DNA from: Podarcis erhardii
Lineage: Eukaryota
Reading direction: 5' to 3' (one strand)
Length of the DNA stretch: 64,000 bases
Assembly: GCA_964252035.1 (NCBI GenBank)
Contig: CAXUOO010000157.1
Shown here: piece after piece, positions 11,645 to 24,973 of the stretch
Layout of the letters: each line of letters begins with the position of its first letter
Numbering within the stretch: position 1 is the stretch's first letter
Notes under the pieces: generated by a model
The model's database searches: none
Seen by the model: only the letters and a program-made list of their open reading frames with translations
Told to the model about the DNA's origin: nothing
Program-made: the position numbers and the translations under genes

Positions 11645-14600
11645 ACTGAGAAGTGTGGTAGCGATTGTTGTGTCCTTTGGCGCGTACGCAGCCGTACGTT
11701 GAAGCCGGAGGGCAAAACAGCTTATTTTATACAACAACTAAACAACGAGATCTGACGTCGGCAAAGGCAAACACCATTTGTGCTTGTAGTCGTCCTCTCG
11801 GAAAGAAAAACACCACGTGCTAGATACCGCATATATGTCGAGACCACGCCAGAGCTGCTATACAATGATCATTCCAAAGTTGCATTACATTACGTGAGGT
11901 ACTAGGGATGTTCTAGCAATCTGCTGTTATGTAGGCGACGGTGAGTAAAGCCACCAGTCAGGACACACACGCATGCAACGTAATAAACAGTCTATAAGGA
12001 CGACAGAAGCGGAATTTGATAACTGACTACAGAATAAAGCTACGTTGAATCGCGTTGCAAAGATAAATGCAAGCGGCTGAGAGGGCAATATACCACAACG
12101 GTGCCACTCTCCATCCTGAAATGCGTTAAAGCATGCACGCTACCTGAAATCTACGCCAACAATTTTTCAGCAAAAGACAAAGGGAATTAAAATAAAGAAC
12201 CGTCGTAAAAAATCACAAAAAAAAGAAAAAAAAGGAAAAACTAGGGACATTTTCGATTCAAACTCCCGCCCCTAATAACATCCAGCTAGTGATTCTACAG
12301 CGCAAACCGAACACACAGAAAATAAATCAACATTTTTGCCTGCTTTCGTCTCTCCTCTTCCTCTTGCGGATTCAGTCTTCGAAGAAGTTCTGAACTTATG
12401 GCGCATTTGATATGAAATGATAATGAGTGACTACAGTTACCGGTCGCTGCATCCGCATACCGTACGCGGCACGGCTTCTGAGAAAGCAGTTTTGCGAAGG
12501 AAAACTGTACCGCGAAAAAGTGACCAAAGCGCATGCTACCTAAAGTCACTTGCAGCGTCTGCCTTGAGCAGAAGGTCTTTGCACAGTACAATGCTCCTTG
12601 GGCACAAGATAGAGGTTTATATACATAAGTGATGCACACCTATATTCTATGAACGTGAAGGATTTGACAAGTATTGATATGGAAAGTTGAGTCCGCTGTA
12701 ACGTGTTCGTTATACAATACTAAGAGCATAGCAAATACGATAGATACATACATACATACATATATATAGATGTTTGCAGGAAAATCAACTCAAGTATGGC
12801 TCCGCCTTCTTTGCAGCATTCGTCAACCATCGTATATCAATGAACATAGTAGCTACTGCTATCGTGGTCTTTGCGCTATCAGGCGTGAACACGGCTACGT
12901 CTAATGCCTCACCGTTATAAATCACCTTGAACCATATATAGTGAATGAGATGTAATATATATAAACCGGCGCCACAGAAAAAAATGATTGATTACATGAA
13001 CGTCACTGTGATTGGGGTATGCTGTTGAACTAGGAGACTGAAACGAGTGAGCAATTCAATCTCGCCGGTTACGAATCAAAAGATCGTTGTTGTTTCATCG
13101 TAATTCAATAAGCCCATACTCATAATTATATAGGCGGCTTGGTTGTGTTCTGCTACATATATATGTATGTGCGTGTGTAGTCGTTTTTAAGCGGATTTTG
13201 TCTGTTTGTGTGTGTGACTTTGTAGTTTTTTTACATATATTTAAGCCTTGCAAATACAAATTCTACAATGTGCACATTTGTATAATTTCTTAGTATCCTG
13301 TAGATCTGTGTTTTAGGTACATTTACGTCTTGCAGATGCAATTTCTACAGTGCAAGTCTCCATTCTTATAGATGGTATCCTAGTGGACGACAAACGCGCT
13401 TACGCATTAACTCGGTTATTGTTACAACTTTAGGAATATCAAAGTCATCCGTTGTGCATCTTATATGAATTACGCGCCCAGATACATTTCCGGTCCGGAA
13501 CGGACTAAGCTAACGGTGTGTCTAGTCGTTAAGGCTATATAGCATTCCGTCCTTTCTTAGGACCATTGGACTTTAAAATGACGCAGAAAAAGAGGAGCTT
13601 GCACATGAACTTTACAGTGAAGCAGATCTTGAACCTTACTGAGCCTCATATGTACGGTTAGCCTATAGCAAGAGGAGAAGGGTTGATCGTTCTAAAATCA
13701 TGCCTAATTGAATACTTTTTGCACCTGCTCCAGGTGTAGTACGTTGAAGAAAATTTGTCGGGCTCGCACGACAAACAGGGCCACAATTCCCAGGGTATGC
13801 GTTGGGATCAGCTGAATTTGAAACTCAGGTTGCTGTTTTCTCAGCTTGAGCAGCGTGTGTTCGCTTGTGACTCAAAGTCGAGCACAATTTTGAACGTCTC
13901 AAGTCCGGTACAAGCAAATTACCATTCAGTAACACGCCCCAAAATTGAAAGTTAACAAAAGACGTACAAATATTCGAACACTTTTGATATATGAATGCAT
14001 CTCTAATTCTCCATTTCATTGCAACATGCGCCCGCTTGAAAAGACAACAAAGAGCTGAGGTGACTTAGAGACAGCACGTCAAACACTCAAATTACAAGCT
14101 GCATATAGACTGCATAGATGTGGCTCTGAAAATTCCTTGGTTGAAGGGTCTATTCGCACGCAGTTTGGTCGAAAGCTAGCTCCGCGGTTTTCCACACTCA
14201 AAATGCGCTCATTTCCTACGGAATCTTCTTTTGAGCTCAGTTGGACCGTCAACCCACGCATGTCACTGGCTTTCTATCAGTGATCGGAAACAACCTTTTC
14301 TCTTTACTCTGCATCGGGCGCCAATTCGCTGTGACGATTTTGTTCTTGTCAAGTTGCGATGACGTTCGCACATAAGTTTACCAGTCTGTCGACAGATTCT
14401 AGTTAGACTCGCAGAAATGTCTCTGATATACATTGTTCCCAAAAACTGATACCCCTAGGATATTTTGCTTTTGGATTCTGATTTGTCGGCACTTCAACTT
14501 TTTCTCATTGTCTTTTCCTTCACAAGTTTGTGGACGATAGCTAGCATGACCTCTTTACTGATTTTGCGCGCTTTGCATCAGAGCGTATTGAAGTCGTCGC

Positions 14601-15150
14601 GGCTTGTGTTGGCCTGCTAGTTATTTGTTTGTCAGTTTTATTTGAGTATTCTCAGTCTATTGTTCACATGCTCAGGATGTGGTATGTGTTGCTTGTTTGG
14701 CTTTAACCACTTGTGTGCTTCTTAGCACCACGTCTTTGTGGATATTTCCCGATATGTTGTACAACTTCACCAGCAAGTGACTTGATTCTATTGCTTTCAG
14801 AATTCTCTCGTTTAAAGGTTCCATTCCGCCGACGGACCGCTCGAGGTTACCAAACCAGAATCCTTACTCGTTCATGATCGTCTAATTTTGAAGGGGTAAA
14901 TACTCAGTTTATCTAAACTCCTTGAACAAGTCTCCTTCATCTACGAGTGTCCACATTCGCCGTGTGTTGCTGATCATTTTGGTATCGTAGTAGGAGTGTT
15001 CCCGGTTGATCCAGTTCAGCGCAATTGTGTCATGAACCGGTTTCGGCCTGGTATGTCGAGAGCAGCCTTTGATAGAATAATTTTTCTTGTCGTTTTTGTG
15101 ATTGAATTCAGGCTGGGGACATTATTATCCTTCGTTGAACATTTGTCATC

Positions 15151-17431
15151 CTACGGACAACAAGCTGAGTCCGTGAGCAACTCTTTTGGACCCGTTGCTG
15201 GAATTGGTTGATTTGCTGATATGGTTGATTTTGTCGCAACATCTGTCATACCTTCATTCAACTCAATCTTTTTTCCCTTTGCTGTAACGATGCTGGCAGT
15301 TACCTTCGCGTCATTTGCAACCTTCGCAGAACCATTCAGCTCACCTGTTCTATTTCTCGCGCTGTTTATTGTCTTAGTTTTGTTTTTCGCAGCGTCCATT
15401 GCATTATTACTTGTTGTGTCAACCACAGCATTCGTTCTAGGAATAACAGTATTGCTTGTACTGTTAGCGCTCTTCTTTAAATTTTTAGAGTTATGTACCG
15501 TGTGGCTCGCGTCCATTCCTATGTCTTTTCCTGAATTGTCCTTATTCTTTGAGATAGTATCACAGGTCTTCGCTGTATTAGTGGATCTTAGAGAATTAGG
15601 TGAATGTGTGACATCGATTGCAATCATCTTCACGTTACTCGAACTCGCAACCGTACTTCTCGTAGCCCCATTTGCTGTTGAGTTCAACTCAAGCTTCTCG
15701 ATTTTGTTGATGTACCCCCATTGGCTGTTGTGTTCAACTCAAGCTTCTCGATTTTTGTTGATGTAGCCGTCGCGACCGTGTTTGTAGTAATCGCGGTCAA
15801 CCGCATGTCTTTCGAACACTTTGGTATGCTCGCATCAAGGTTGTTTTTCGCATCTTTCTTTATAAAGTGCTCGTTAATCGTTGCGTTACACGTGTCAGCT
15901 TTCTTTCTGTCGCAATTGTCCTTGTATTGCCTGCGTCTACTGCTGAACTGCGCGCTTCCGTCCCCGATAAATTTGCACCGTTCGCATCATCCGTGTTCTT
16001 CAAGCAGGAATCTGAATGCTTCGTAGTGGTGTTCGCGATCTTTGTCGTAGAAGTAGAATTCATATCTGTTGATTTTGCCAGGCTGACCGCCTTCACCAGC
16101 GATTCGTTCAAATCTGCAGTCGCACCCTTCGTATCGTCCTTTGATATTGGTATGTTCATCTCACACTCTTTAATGCTTATTGATTTAGTTGTCGTATCTC
16201 TGAGTCTGGGATCTGCAGTCACTATTTTGTTACTCACCTTGTGTTTTCTATTCAAATCGACCACGAAGTCAGCTTCATTTGATAATGCTCTTCTGTTCCA
16301 GTCGGTCGCCGATTTACTTGCATTCGTTAAGGAGCATTCCAAATCTACGGTTGTTTGACTATCCTTCATCATGTGAATCACTGCATTCAATGTAGAGTTT
16401 TGGGATTCCGTCGTTGGCTTCAAATTGCTTGGATGTGTTATTGTTTTGCCTGCCTCTGCAGGCGAATCGTTCGCTTGTCCTATTGACTTATTCGCAGTCG
16501 TCAGCAAATTATTTTCAGTCAGTATCTGTGTGTTCGAGCGCGACTTTGAATCGGCGTCGTTCTTCAAGTGATTAGTTTGTTTTCGCATTGTATGTTTCGC
16601 GCTCAACATGGAATTGCCATTTGTTATTGCATTGGACTCAGAGTTTGTCTTTTGCAAGGGATTCATTGCAGTCTTTATTATGCATTCTGAATTCGTTGAT
16701 AATATTGCAGTTCTCTCCATCGTTATACTGTTTACACTTGTTGTTGAGTAGTCGGTAACTACCTTTTTATCCGCATACGCTTCGCTGTCCGCTTTGTACG
16801 CATCCAGCGATTCACGGACTTCACCTATCGTCTGGCTGTCACAACGTACCGGACTTGCAGTGTTTCCTTGATTTCTTGCTGCCTTGATTGTAGTCAGCGC
16901 TTTCACCACTCCTGGACCGTGGCTTGTTTCCGAAATTGTTTCTTTCGTTGAACCCCGGTGAACAGATGAAATCATTGTATCACTCGTACACTGCGCCAAT
17001 GCTGTCGTGTTTTTGTTTGCTGCCTTCGAGAAAGAGTTCAGCTTTGTGATTTCCTTGGAGCGAGTTGTGTCCTGAGACTTGTCCTCTTCTCTTGTCTGCT
17101 TTGAACCTGTTGCGGCCATACCTCTTGCAGAAGGCTCTCCCAACGTAGGGTGGGTGTTTGCTGGCATCCTTTGATCGCCTGCTAGTCTCATTTTCTCTCG
17201 AATGTCCAAGACGGGAGGATGGTTGACATTCGTCATATGTAGTTTATCCACCATATTGCAGATTCTGAAAACTTGTATGTTGATGCGCTCTTGCTTCCAG
17301 GCTGTGCGATTCTGGTGTTCGAGTTCCTCAATGTAGATTGCAGCGACACCTCTCTTTACACTTGCTGGAGTAAAGCAATTTTTTGAAGGCAGAGCATTCA
17401 AGGCCAGATACTTGCTTCGTGCACAGCGCAC
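15151..17431 (-). pseudogene. Ser/Thr/Asn/Lys-rich low-complexity coding region broken by two 1-nt frameshifts (pseudogene or assembly indels)
   Basis: The 523-aa ORF (17431-15860), an unannotated middle frame (KADTCNATINEHFIKKDAKNNLD...TSTKIEKLELNTTANGG) and the 178-aa ORF (15687-15151) share composition. They join if one base is added at the T runs 15900-15906 and at T4 15702-15705, giving ~760 aa. Confidence 0.6.
15671..15764. repeat. Internal two-copy coding repeat (TSTKIEKLELN[T/S]TANG); 50-nt period, 51 if the missing T is restored
   Basis: GCTGTTG.GTTCAACTCAAGCTTCTCGATTTT(T)GTTGATGTA at 15674 and 15724; the copies differ by T4 vs T5. Confidence 0.85.
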
Positions 17432-18260
17432 AAAGTACGTCCACTCAGACTGTTTTTGGTAAAAATTTCAATGTGGCTGTCGACCTGAATTTGGGGAAAC
17501 GCAGATAAATCGGCGGCACGGTGCTCGTATCGAGTTTTGTACGTGGTTTGGTTTGACTACCTGAGTGGCTGATTGAAATGTTTCGAGTTGTTTGTTGAAG
17601 ATTGCACAGCAGAATCGTGCTGCTTGACCTTTTCTTTTAATTTTAAAGAGTTGGGAAGTGCATCTAGGCATATATGTATAACAAGGTTGCGGTTAAATTT
17701 TTTCCTGCGTAAAGCACTGTTTGGGCTACCAAGTTTCGACAGTAGTATATAAGTGTTGTGTTGTCGTATGAGTAATGATGTCAAGAATTCACCTAGATTG
17801 AGCAACGCAGCCAATGATATTAACAACGTGTTCTGGCGATCACGTCTGTATCAGTCGGAGCCCCAAAGCTGCTGAGAACTGACACTGGACCCTGAACGCT
17901 GGCTCGGTGGTTGCCCATGCCTGACGAGGGAAAAAATGGAGTATTTTGGCTGATGTGTAAGGGGGGAGCGGTACACGGCATGAACAGTTCCACACATTGC
18001 GGCTCAAAACAGTTATGCGGTTGGAAAAACAAATTGTGAGCCATAGACAACTAGCGAAATTTCCGCAGTCTCATGGCAATAAGCGATCTGAAACAAAAGA
18101 AACCATGGTGCACCATGTCGGCCTGACGCAAATTCGTGAATAATTCTCCAAAAACTGCCGGAGAGACACCATCCTCACTTCTTTCCAAATCGATTAGAAG
18201 CTGACGTGCTGGAAGAGAAAATGTTGCTGCAGCGGCACAAGTATGCGTAAAGATATATAT

Positions 18261-18309
<49 letters not shown>

Positions 18310-21300
18310 CTCTTCGTTGCATTGCAAAAGCACTGCGAAAAATATGAGGTGATATTGAAAAATCTGACATATACTACATAGAATTTTCGGTATGCACTAT
18401 AATTGTTTCCTAGAACGTTTAAAGCTCGGGCGTGCTCGTTGAACTTGATAAAATGGATGTATAGCGCAAAATGTAAATATCCTACTATGTGGCAGGTTAG
18501 GCGTGACTGTATTTACTCAGCGCCGCTAGGTGACTAATCAAAATTTCGAATCACAGTCTCTATCCGGGCGTGTAACGGCGTATTGAAGTATGTGAATTGT
18601 CGTAGAAGGTATAGAGCTGTATTTGCTGACTCCTCTCTTCTCAGTTAAAACACTAACCTAAAATAAAAGTGGATTTTATAATCCAGGCTTCAAAAACTTG
18701 CAATGCTTGGCGTGGTTCGTTGAGAAAAAATTCAGCCACGTCCACGTAGGCGTCCACGTACAAGTGCGTCATTGTCTATTGCATTACCTGTGACATCATC
18801 TGAGGCTTGATGCCCACTGTCCGTAAAGTATTACTTCCACGGTAGAATTGCTTCCGGATTAAGAATGACACATTAGAATTTCCAAATTGCTCGGAAAGCT
18901 GGGTGATTGTTCTTTTCGTCCACTGATTATCGACTCTACATCCATAAACCACGTACATTAGAGCTGTGTCGCGTACGACTAGTATACAGGTTTCCGTGCA
19001 TACTTATATACATATATAAACAGTGTGGACATTGGGGTGTAGGCGTATACACTTGTAACTATGAATGTATATGCACATAAAAAATTAATTTTATACAATT
19101 GTGCAGTTAGATTTGATTGAAATTGACTGAAGGTCCCAACACAAGTTCATAGTATGAGAAGAAATGGCTATACACTGTGGATCTACATACGTAAAATACT
19201 TTTACATCTGTAATCGATATATATATATATATATATACATATGTAATTATGTACTTTCGCATCACTTCCCAATACATGATTATTATTGATGACGCTCTAG
19301 ATAGGTATGATATACGTATATATATATATATATATACACACACAGGTATATAATACATAAATGTACACATATGAATACGTTTATGACTTTATGTGTATAA
19401 ACCTACCATACAATGTATGTATATATATATATATATATACATATATCTTCATATGTCTTTTCATGTACGTTTAAAATATGTTGTGGCGAGACAGATGATT
19501 GACAATCCTGAAGTCAACAGCCTTACGCCTAATCGGAAGCGTGAGTAGAATGATTGTTTGTTTCGTGATTTACTAATTTCGTATAACTTAGAAATACAAT
19601 CCGGTCTGCCTCGGCAGTGGCCCAAGTACCTCATTTCCTGCGTAGATCTTTGGGTGACGAAACCTTCCAATATAAAATCGTACCATCTCTTATGTCGCAT
19701 CTCAAGCATATATGCTTGTTTTATCAATGCTTACTTCAGTACGCTATAAATTGATTAGTATTGCATATGTGTGGAGCGGCAAGAAATGGGTATCTTGCCT
19801 ATCGAAGCTCGTATCAAAACGCCAAAAACCACTGGAAGCGCAGCGTCCCCACAACAAACAAATACTCCTGTTTAATTGCTTCCGCCAGATGAGGTCAAGT
19901 GTATGCTACACGTCTGATTTTCTCCTATCGTTTGGAAAAGCTTCGGCGGCGTAACATAGGATTCTTATGCTCTCAATGCCATCAGGAGCACAGCCGTTCG
20001 TCAATGACAGGTAGAGGATGTAGAAATTCTATACAACAGGTCCAAGGACGTATGAATCAATTTGCGGTACTTTTAAAAAGAACAACAGAATAGGATGTTG
20101 CCCGCATAAGAATTTATGCGCAGTCCTACTTTTTTGTGTCATTTTTGCTGGTGATTGCGGGACTAGGTTTCGAGCAAATATTTATAACCGCTGAGTAGAG
20201 ATAGATAATTCAAGCTGAACTACACTGGAGGTACAGTCAAAGTGAGCTCACTTGTTAAAGATACAGCATTTTGCCAGGAAAAATGTGGAAGATTCGATTA
20301 TCTCGTGATGCACCTAGATCCCCCAACGGTTATATAGCATGTGTGTAATTTCCCGGATGTTGAACAAACTGCGGAATACGGGAGAAGCTTCAATTGCTTT
20401 TCCCATTATACTCGAGAATCTCTTACACGAGTAGCGGCAAAGTCAGGCACAGCACAGAAATTTTTATATTCATCCTCACAGTGTTAAAGAGCGAACTATT
20501 CTATGCAAAAGATTGCAATTTTTGTAGTGCAAGCTGGGGTTATCATCGTCGAATGGAGCTGTCTCACTGTAAAGTCTCATCTGGATGGAAAGAAGAAAGG
20601 AGAGAGCTTGGACTTGCTTCTGTACATTTGAAGTGATGTGTTATTATAAAGACCCTTGCGTCATTGGAGTAAGAGATTGCTTATATGCACAGAGGCGCAC
20701 ACCATGGACGAGAATGCATTCGAGTGTCGGACAGAAATGAAATTAACTGGGCTCCCTCCAAGAGGCGGACGGGCGTTGTGACTTTCCATCACCGCGCACG
20801 TTCAGATGAGGAGCTGCTTGTTGTTTTCGTTCCCACTTACAGTATGTCCACTGTTTCCTGCCCTATCCCCTTGAGGTCTACTTGACAATGCATTGCTTTC
20901 CAGGTCACCGAGCAAAAGCTTTTTCTCCCTTATCCGCATTTTACTTTGTAGCGCTGCAGATTCTGGCTTCCCACGTCAGCAGTAATTTTGGCTCGCTGCC
21001 GCACCGGTGCACAGGCCGCGAGTAGTACCAGTATTCAGGTTGGCGACTAGTTTTTAAACGCCATAAGCACAGTATATTTTCTTCAAAGCTAGTATTCTTT
21101 TTCATTAGCAATCTGGGTAAGCGGTCAAAATTTGTTTGAGCCGCAGCTGTCTGGTCGGGCGCGCATTTTTCGAGGCGTCAAAAGCTGCCTTATGATGCAC
21201 AGCACAATGACTTTTGTGCTTTGTACAGGGGCAAACGCCGCACAGTAGCAAACCACGTAGAAATTGTAATGTTGACCTTCATGAATAAAGCACTTTGCAG

Positions 21301-21820
21301 AACAAATGTTGAGAAGGTTTTCTTCATGACTTTTAAGCGCGTTGGTCATTGCTCAGCACAAGTTCTGCTGTGTTCTGAACAAGACTATCTCGATTAGGAC
21401 TTGAACACTGGCTCTATTTTCTCATTTTCTTTACTGCTCAAACGCGGTCCATCCCGTCAAAGTTTTTCCTCCACGATTAGAGTAACTCGACTTGTATTGT
21501 CACGGCTGCCCTGACACTACATAAACGTAACATTCCTCTCTTCATCACCCACTCCAACAGCAGAGACTGCTTTCGACTACGAATTCATTGCGCGTATGCC
21601 TTTACTCTTTGTTTTTTTGACATCAAGTGCAAACGAAGACCTTGAACTGCAGCGTTGCACTAGATCAGACTTATGAATCTGTCTATACCAGGGTGAACAG
21701 CAGGTGTACCTTTTTCTATTCGCCCGTCGCGAGCCGCTAATTAGTAGTAACAAAACATCAACACCTGATAATTGTTTAAGACATTTGCGTCTTGCTGAAA
21801 GCGGAAAATCTGCTGCTGTT

Positions 21821-21935
21821 GCGATCTTTATGAGAAGGTTTTTTGTGATGGACCTGCTATTACAGGTGCGTCACATGCGATTTTTATGAGAAGGTTTTTT
21901 GTGATGGACTTGCTATTACAGGTGCGTCACATGCG
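21821..21935. repeat. Two-copy tandem duplication, 56-nt period
   Basis: GCGAT(C/T)TTTATGAGAAGGTTTTTTGTGATGGAC(C/T)TGCTATTACAGGTGCGTCACAT at 21821 and 21877. Confidence 0.9.
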
Positions 21936-23890
21936 TCTTGATACACCGTCAACCAGTGTGCATATCTACGTAGACTACATTGGGAACGAGCCTATCAAGT
22001 GCGACGGTTTTGCGACCGAGGACACCTTTTTCTGCTAATAGAGATCCGTCGGGAACTCTGCGTTTTGTGAGCCGCTGAAACACCTCAGGGGGGAAGCATC
22101 ATATAGAATTTACGGCTGCCCAGAACTGAAGCTGAGCACGCAAGAAACGACGTGATAGCAGTGAAATGTTTATATTTCGAAAGGTGACAAAGGAATGGCT
22201 TGCCAGGTTACATTGAAGGGACCGTTGTTGGTTTTACCATTACTTTTTTCCTAGTCCCAGAGGGCTAACATATCTATACGTCGTAAGTTCTTCACCAGCC
22301 TCCAATATTTGTACGCACAAATGATTGATACTAAGTGTTTGAACACAGTGGCTTCAGCCTAAATAAACTGTATGTGCTTGATAGGAATTGCTCAGTCGCA
22401 CCCTATCATGCGATTTCACCTGAGACGGTTTCTTTGCCAGGTTTCCCCTAAAATTTGCATTGTGGCCTGCGCAGCGGTGCCAAATCATCCTTGCTAGACC
22501 TACCGTCTGCTCCGCTTCCCATCAGAAGACCCTTATTCGTTGACATCGGCAGTACGGAAATCAAGCTCGTAGTGCTACTGTGGAATTGGTTCAGATGCCT
22601 TGATCGATCATGTGCACAAGCTGATAGCAGTATGCAAAGCAGGAACGCGCTTTTATTCGTCGTGTTGATTCGGTTTCATAGTCGCTTAGCTGAGTGGTTT
22701 CTGATTTAGCTAACCGGCATACCCTCATGTAGTCCGAATACTATTCCAAGCAGTGTGACGTTATATTATTCCCGTTATGTTCAATGCTTTTCTTCTAGCT
22801 TATTAGTGACACATCGAATAATGACCGTTCCAGTCAAACAAGCCACAATATGGCTCAATGCTGTTCTGGTCATTGTGAACTAGATTTAGAATTTGAGAGA
22901 AAGGGGTCACGGATGACATGCAGTGTTCCCAGCACTATGGTTTAACACATGCCACACAGAGTAGGTGAGAGCTTTTCGATAACGTGCACTGTATCTACTC
23001 AACATAAAAGTCTTCATACAGCGGCCCCACCATTACAGCTGCTGCGACCAAAAAACTTGGCAGCACTCAACTACACGAATTCGAGTCGAGTGCGACTCTG
23101 CAAGATTAGAAAAACTTATTTTAGTCCTGTACTTCCATATCTATCTTTCCGGGGACGGTCTGTTTCGGTTGACAACTTTGTATCGAGAATATTTTCACAA
23201 TACGACGGCCTTGATTTGCACACAAGAAATCGATACGCCTACGACGCGGCATTTGCCTTATATTTCCTATATTTCGCCGCGGATCAAAAACGTGGTTGCC
23301 TGTCCTCAATTGTATGTTTGGTCAGATACATTTACGTATCTGCGCATTATCCTTTTTCCAGCTGTGAAAGCGCTAGCGAAGCGGCTGTACATGGTTGGTC
23401 AAAAAAACGAGCGCATACAAGTACTAAAATACATGTCCTCAACTTCCATCTTTCGTAGTAGCACTTGCCAAACTGTTTTGTTGATATCCCCTACTTTCTT
23501 ATGATGAATTCGCAAAATATATGTCTGATTCTATGTTTACCGGCGAGTTGTAAACGTGGGATAGGCCATGAGCGTGTGCGGATCCGTGTATCGTACGCAT
23601 GCACACACATAAACGATAGCGCTACTGAAACGCAAGCGAATTCGTTCTATTACTCAGCTTGTCTTCTGACACCATCGGTGCTAGATATCTGAAGCGGAGA
23701 CCGTTCTTCAGTTGGAAAATAAATCATATTCGTAGCGTATACACGAACCACGTGTGCGACTCTGATGCAACGCTGATCGCCGTTTTCGTGTCTAATACTC
23801 GCATGAGAGTGTCATTGGAAATATAAATTTTTCGTACGTGTACATTGCGTAAGACCGGGCCTATATGAACAGCTTTTACACTCATATGCT

Positions 23891-24013
23891 GGTCTAAGTG
23901 TCTACTCAAGTATATACTTCATGAAAATATGTACAGGTTGATGTGCTTATAGGTCTAAGTGTCTACTCAAGTATCTACCTTATGAGAATATGTACCGGTT
24001 GATGTGCTTATAG
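23891..24013. repeat. Two-copy tandem duplication, 61-nt period
   Basis: GGTCTAAGTGTCTACTCAAGTAT...ATATGTAC.GGTTGATGTGCTTATAG at 23891 and 23952. Confidence 0.9.
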
Positions 24014-24899
24014 TTTGCTAGTTGTAGTTTTCGCGTTTTGGCGTGTACACACTTACACGCCTATGCTTTTTGCACGTATTAACCCTCTTCTGCTTCCTAT
24101 ATTCAAGCGGGTTATTAGCATCTGCCCACGCTCTAAACTAGTTACGTTGCACATTGTGACAGTTCAATGTCATTTATCTGATAGTTCATTGTGATTTATT
24201 TGAAAGTTCGTTGTAATTTATGAGCCCTTGAGAATGCCGAGCCCTTCGTCTTTGTTGTGGTGCATATGCAGCGTTAAGCTTTTTCGGGAAGAGGAGCTGT
24301 AGGAATTTCATCAGTGAGGTACGGAAGAGATTGATATCCTTATTATGGTGAAGTAGACTCATATATAATATACACGGACATCCTTGACGTTAGATTCTGT
24401 GCATCTTTTTTTTACCAAGGCGAATTTTTTTCAGAAGAACATTAGTTTCTTAGGGGCCTAATTCTCCGTGTAGCCACATATATGCTTTACATGAAGTGTA
24501 AATTCAAAAAAGTTTGATGCTGTGACCCTTTCGGGACTTTTTCAATCAAGTTAGAAGCAAATTAGGCTGCTCAACATCTTGATCGCAATAGCCCTAAATT
24601 TTCTAAAGCCTATGACGGTTTTTTGCTCGCCAAAGCTTCATTGCTTGATGGAAACATATACTCGCCTTTATTTACCAAAGGAATCTGTGAGTGATGATCG
24701 TTGAGCGATGTTGCAATGGTCTACTTTTGTTGATATGTGCAACGATATAAAGCAGTAGCTTTGACTTGATCCTGTCGTCTCATATCCGTGTGTAGATTTC
24801 AGCTGTCTCGATAACTGCTCAACCCGAGTACTCGAGGTGACGGGTATGACACACATAAGTAACACGCACTACATCCGTGGTTTGGGCTAAATTTCTTAC

Positions 24900-24973
24900 T
24901 GTCAGTTTTCTTGCCTACATGTATTAACAGCGTAGTTGTCAGTTTTTTTGCCTACATGTATTTACAGCGTAGT
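24900..24973. repeat. Two-copy tandem duplication, 37-nt period
   Basis: TGTCAGTTTT(C/T)TTGCCTACATGTATT(A/T)ACAGCGTAGT at 24900 and 24937. Confidence 0.9.

Noticed and set aside
15221-16358. Plus-strand hydrophobic ORFs (15221, 15721, 15867) as membrane proteins
   Set aside because: They are antisense mirrors of the Thr/Asn/Lys-rich minus-strand frames and switch frame at the same indels.
21821-24973. Direct repeats as a CRISPR array or LTR pair
   Set aside because: Each has only two adjacent copies with no spacers, the units are unrelated to one another, the context is eukaryotic, and no TG..CA termini, PBS or internal pol domain were seen.
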